NCBI GenBank assembly: GCA_009103225.1
Contig: RHPI01002262.1
Span: forward strand, 666,962 to 674,301
DNA length: 7,340 bases
Reading direction: 5' to 3'
Source of the DNA: Chlorokybus atmophyticus
Taxonomy: Eukaryota > Plantae > Mesostigma and Chlorokybus algae
Shown here in pieces: positions 5,777 through 7,340 of the stretch. The first letter of the stretch is position 1, and every line of letters begins with the position of its first letter. Made by a program: the position numbers and the translations under genes. Under the pieces are notes generated by a model. The model worked only from the letters and a program-made list of their open reading frames with translations. It searched no databases and was not told the DNA's origin.

Positions 5777-7340
5777 ATCTCGTCNTCCATAGCACGCTGC
5801 CATTGCTCCGCATCTGGTGCTAACAATGCCTCCTCGTAGGTGCTTGGCTCCTCATTCTGCACACTGGCGACGTGTGCCTTGTGTAGGAAGTCAGGTGCCT
5901 TTCTCTCCCTCACCGGGTATCTCCGAGCGGCGTGCTCCTGCTGGAGGTGCGACTACTTGTCTGCTACAGTGGAGTCCTGCTCACCCTTATCGTCGATGAT
6001 GGCCTTGCCTGTAGCCTCCACTGTTTCAGGATGCTCCGGCTGTGCTTCATCTTCAGGAAAGAAGCCTGCTTCTGGTTGTGATAATCCCTCGTGGAAAACC
6101 ACCTCTCTGCTCACGATGATCTTCTGAGTGTCCTCGAGCAAGATCCTGTAAGCCTTGGAACCCGGTTCATAGCCAACGAAGATGCCCTTCTTGCTGACCG
6201 GCTCCAGCTTGTGCCTGAGCTGTTTAGGCACTAGTGCATATGCCGTGCATCCAAACACACGCATACCACTCACATCTGGTGTGGCTCCATAGAAGTGCTC
6301 CCACGGAGTCTTCTGCTCTGAGCTCACCGAAGACCTGTTGCGGATGTAGTTGGCAGTGAGTACCGCCTCCTTCCACATACTGTCTTCCATCTTTGTGTCG
6401 TTGAGCATGGCTCGAACACGCTCCAAGAGTGTCCTGTTGAGGCGTTCAGCTGCTCCATTCTGCTGCGGGGTGTAGGGTGCCGTTGTCTCGTGGCGTATGC
6501 CCTCGCTGGCGAAGAACTCCTTCAACTCCTTGTTGATGTACTCCCCGCCTCGATCACTCCTCATTGCCTTCATCTTGTTGCCAGACTGCGTCTCCAACAA
6601 GGCCACGACTGTGCGCACAGCTCCAGCAACTTCTGACTTGAGCGTCAATGGAAAGATGATGGACAGCTTGCTGTAGTCGTCGAGGAACGTAGCAAAGTAC
6701 CTGGCCCCTCCCTTCGCCACAATGCGCATAGGGCCACAAACATCCATGTGCACAAGCTCGCAAGGATGCTGACTGCTAGAAGAGGATGATGGGAATGGCA
6801 TAGCATGCTGCTTTGCAACCAGGCATGGTTCACAAAGTGCACCTGATGCTGTCTTGAGTTCTTCTGTGCTGAGATGGATGCCCTTGACCATCTTCTCAGC
6901 GACAAGGCGAGTGAGGTTGACGTAGCTGAGATGCCCGAACCTCCGTTGCCACAATGTTGGCGACTCCTTGTCCTTCACCACCATGGCTTCAATGTCTCTG
7001 TCTTGAGGCTGCTCCACGTGGTAGAGCCCTCCCGGATCAGCGATTCCAACCATGTGCACGACCCCATCAAGGATGACTGTGCAGCCACCCTTCCGAAATA
7101 GGATCTCCGCGCCTAAGCGCTCCGCAACCCTCACAGAGAATAGACTCGCAATAGCCTTAGGAACATGCAGGACGTTGCGTAACAACACCTCGCGTAGTGT
7201 GTTACCAACCTTGCACTGGAGTCGCACGTTGCCAACTCCCTCAGCCACCAGTACTTCGCCACCGAAGCCCGCCACCTTGATTGTGGACGTCAGCTTCCTG
7301 TAGCCCTCCATCACCTCCTTGTTTGGTGTGAGATGACGAT
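5777..7340 (-). mobile_element. Ty1/copia LTR retrotransposon, internal pol region (truncated, decayed; continues beyond the right edge)
   Basis: The minus-strand frame runs from the window edge (RHLTPNKEVMEGY, protease tail) through GxGxVRL/VLHVP (Pol beta-barrel), LWQRRFGHL...CEPC (GAG-pre-integrase Zn finger), VHMDVCGP / FLDDYS / RSDRGGEY / QQNGAAERLNRTL (DDE integrase) and VFGCTAY...GIFVGYEPGSKAYRI (SH3) to EEPSTYEEAL...WQRAMxDEI (start of RT). Integrase-before-RT order is diagnostic of copia. No LTR, PBS or PPT in the window. Confidence 0.97.
5777..7340 (-). pseudogene. pol: copia pol polyprotein, interrupted by an in-frame TAG at 5953-5955 and truncated at 5777
   Basis: ORFs 5953..7314 and 5551..5913 are in the same frame (starts differ by 1401 = 467 codons). 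Reading through the TAG gives STVADK*SHLQQEHAARRYPVRERKAPDFL...EEPSTYEEAL, a typical IN-RT linker. RT homology stops after DEI(A). Confidence 0.9.

Noticed and set aside
5787-5787. Single N as a contig junction
   Set aside because: The copia frame reads sensibly across it (AM-D/E-DEI), so it is probably just an ambiguous base.
5551-5913. 120-aa ORF as an independent gene
   Set aside because: Its first part is the post-stop continuation of copia pol and the rest is an off-frame reading of X.
6554-7303. Short ORFs overlapping integrase
   Set aside because: Alternative frames of pol.

Overview
Eukaryotic, repeat-rich, draft-quality DNA with one 513-N gap and three single Ns; the spliced gene and copia sequence fit a green alga or another GC-rich microbial eukaryote, but this is only an inference. 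Right end (5777-7340, minus strand): a decayed Ty1/copia pol (protease end, GAG-pre-integrase, DDE integrase, SH3, start of RT) with one in-frame TAG. It is cut abruptly at the start of RT, with no LTR, by a ~1.1 kb repeat unit here called X (4679-5776). X has TG...CA ends and an 11-bp terminal inverted repeat (TGCGCATGAAA). A second direct copy, ~97% identical, lies 5160 bp to the left (<1-598). Combining the two copies gives a 4-exon, 3-intron minus-strand gene that is not in the ORF track. It encodes ~224 aa of unknown function (low-complexity N-terminus, helical core, acidic tail) and fills X almost end to end. The ~4 kb between the copies looks non-coding but is highly structured: four dense GTAC/GGTACC clusters, many perfect hairpins, ~10-bp-phased arrays, a duplicated ~50-bp module, microsatellites and an alternating purine-pyrimidine tract. 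Best working model: a ~6.2 kb element with long direct terminal repeats, each carrying the spliced gene, nested in the copia. A plain tandem duplication and a partial misassembly remain live alternatives.
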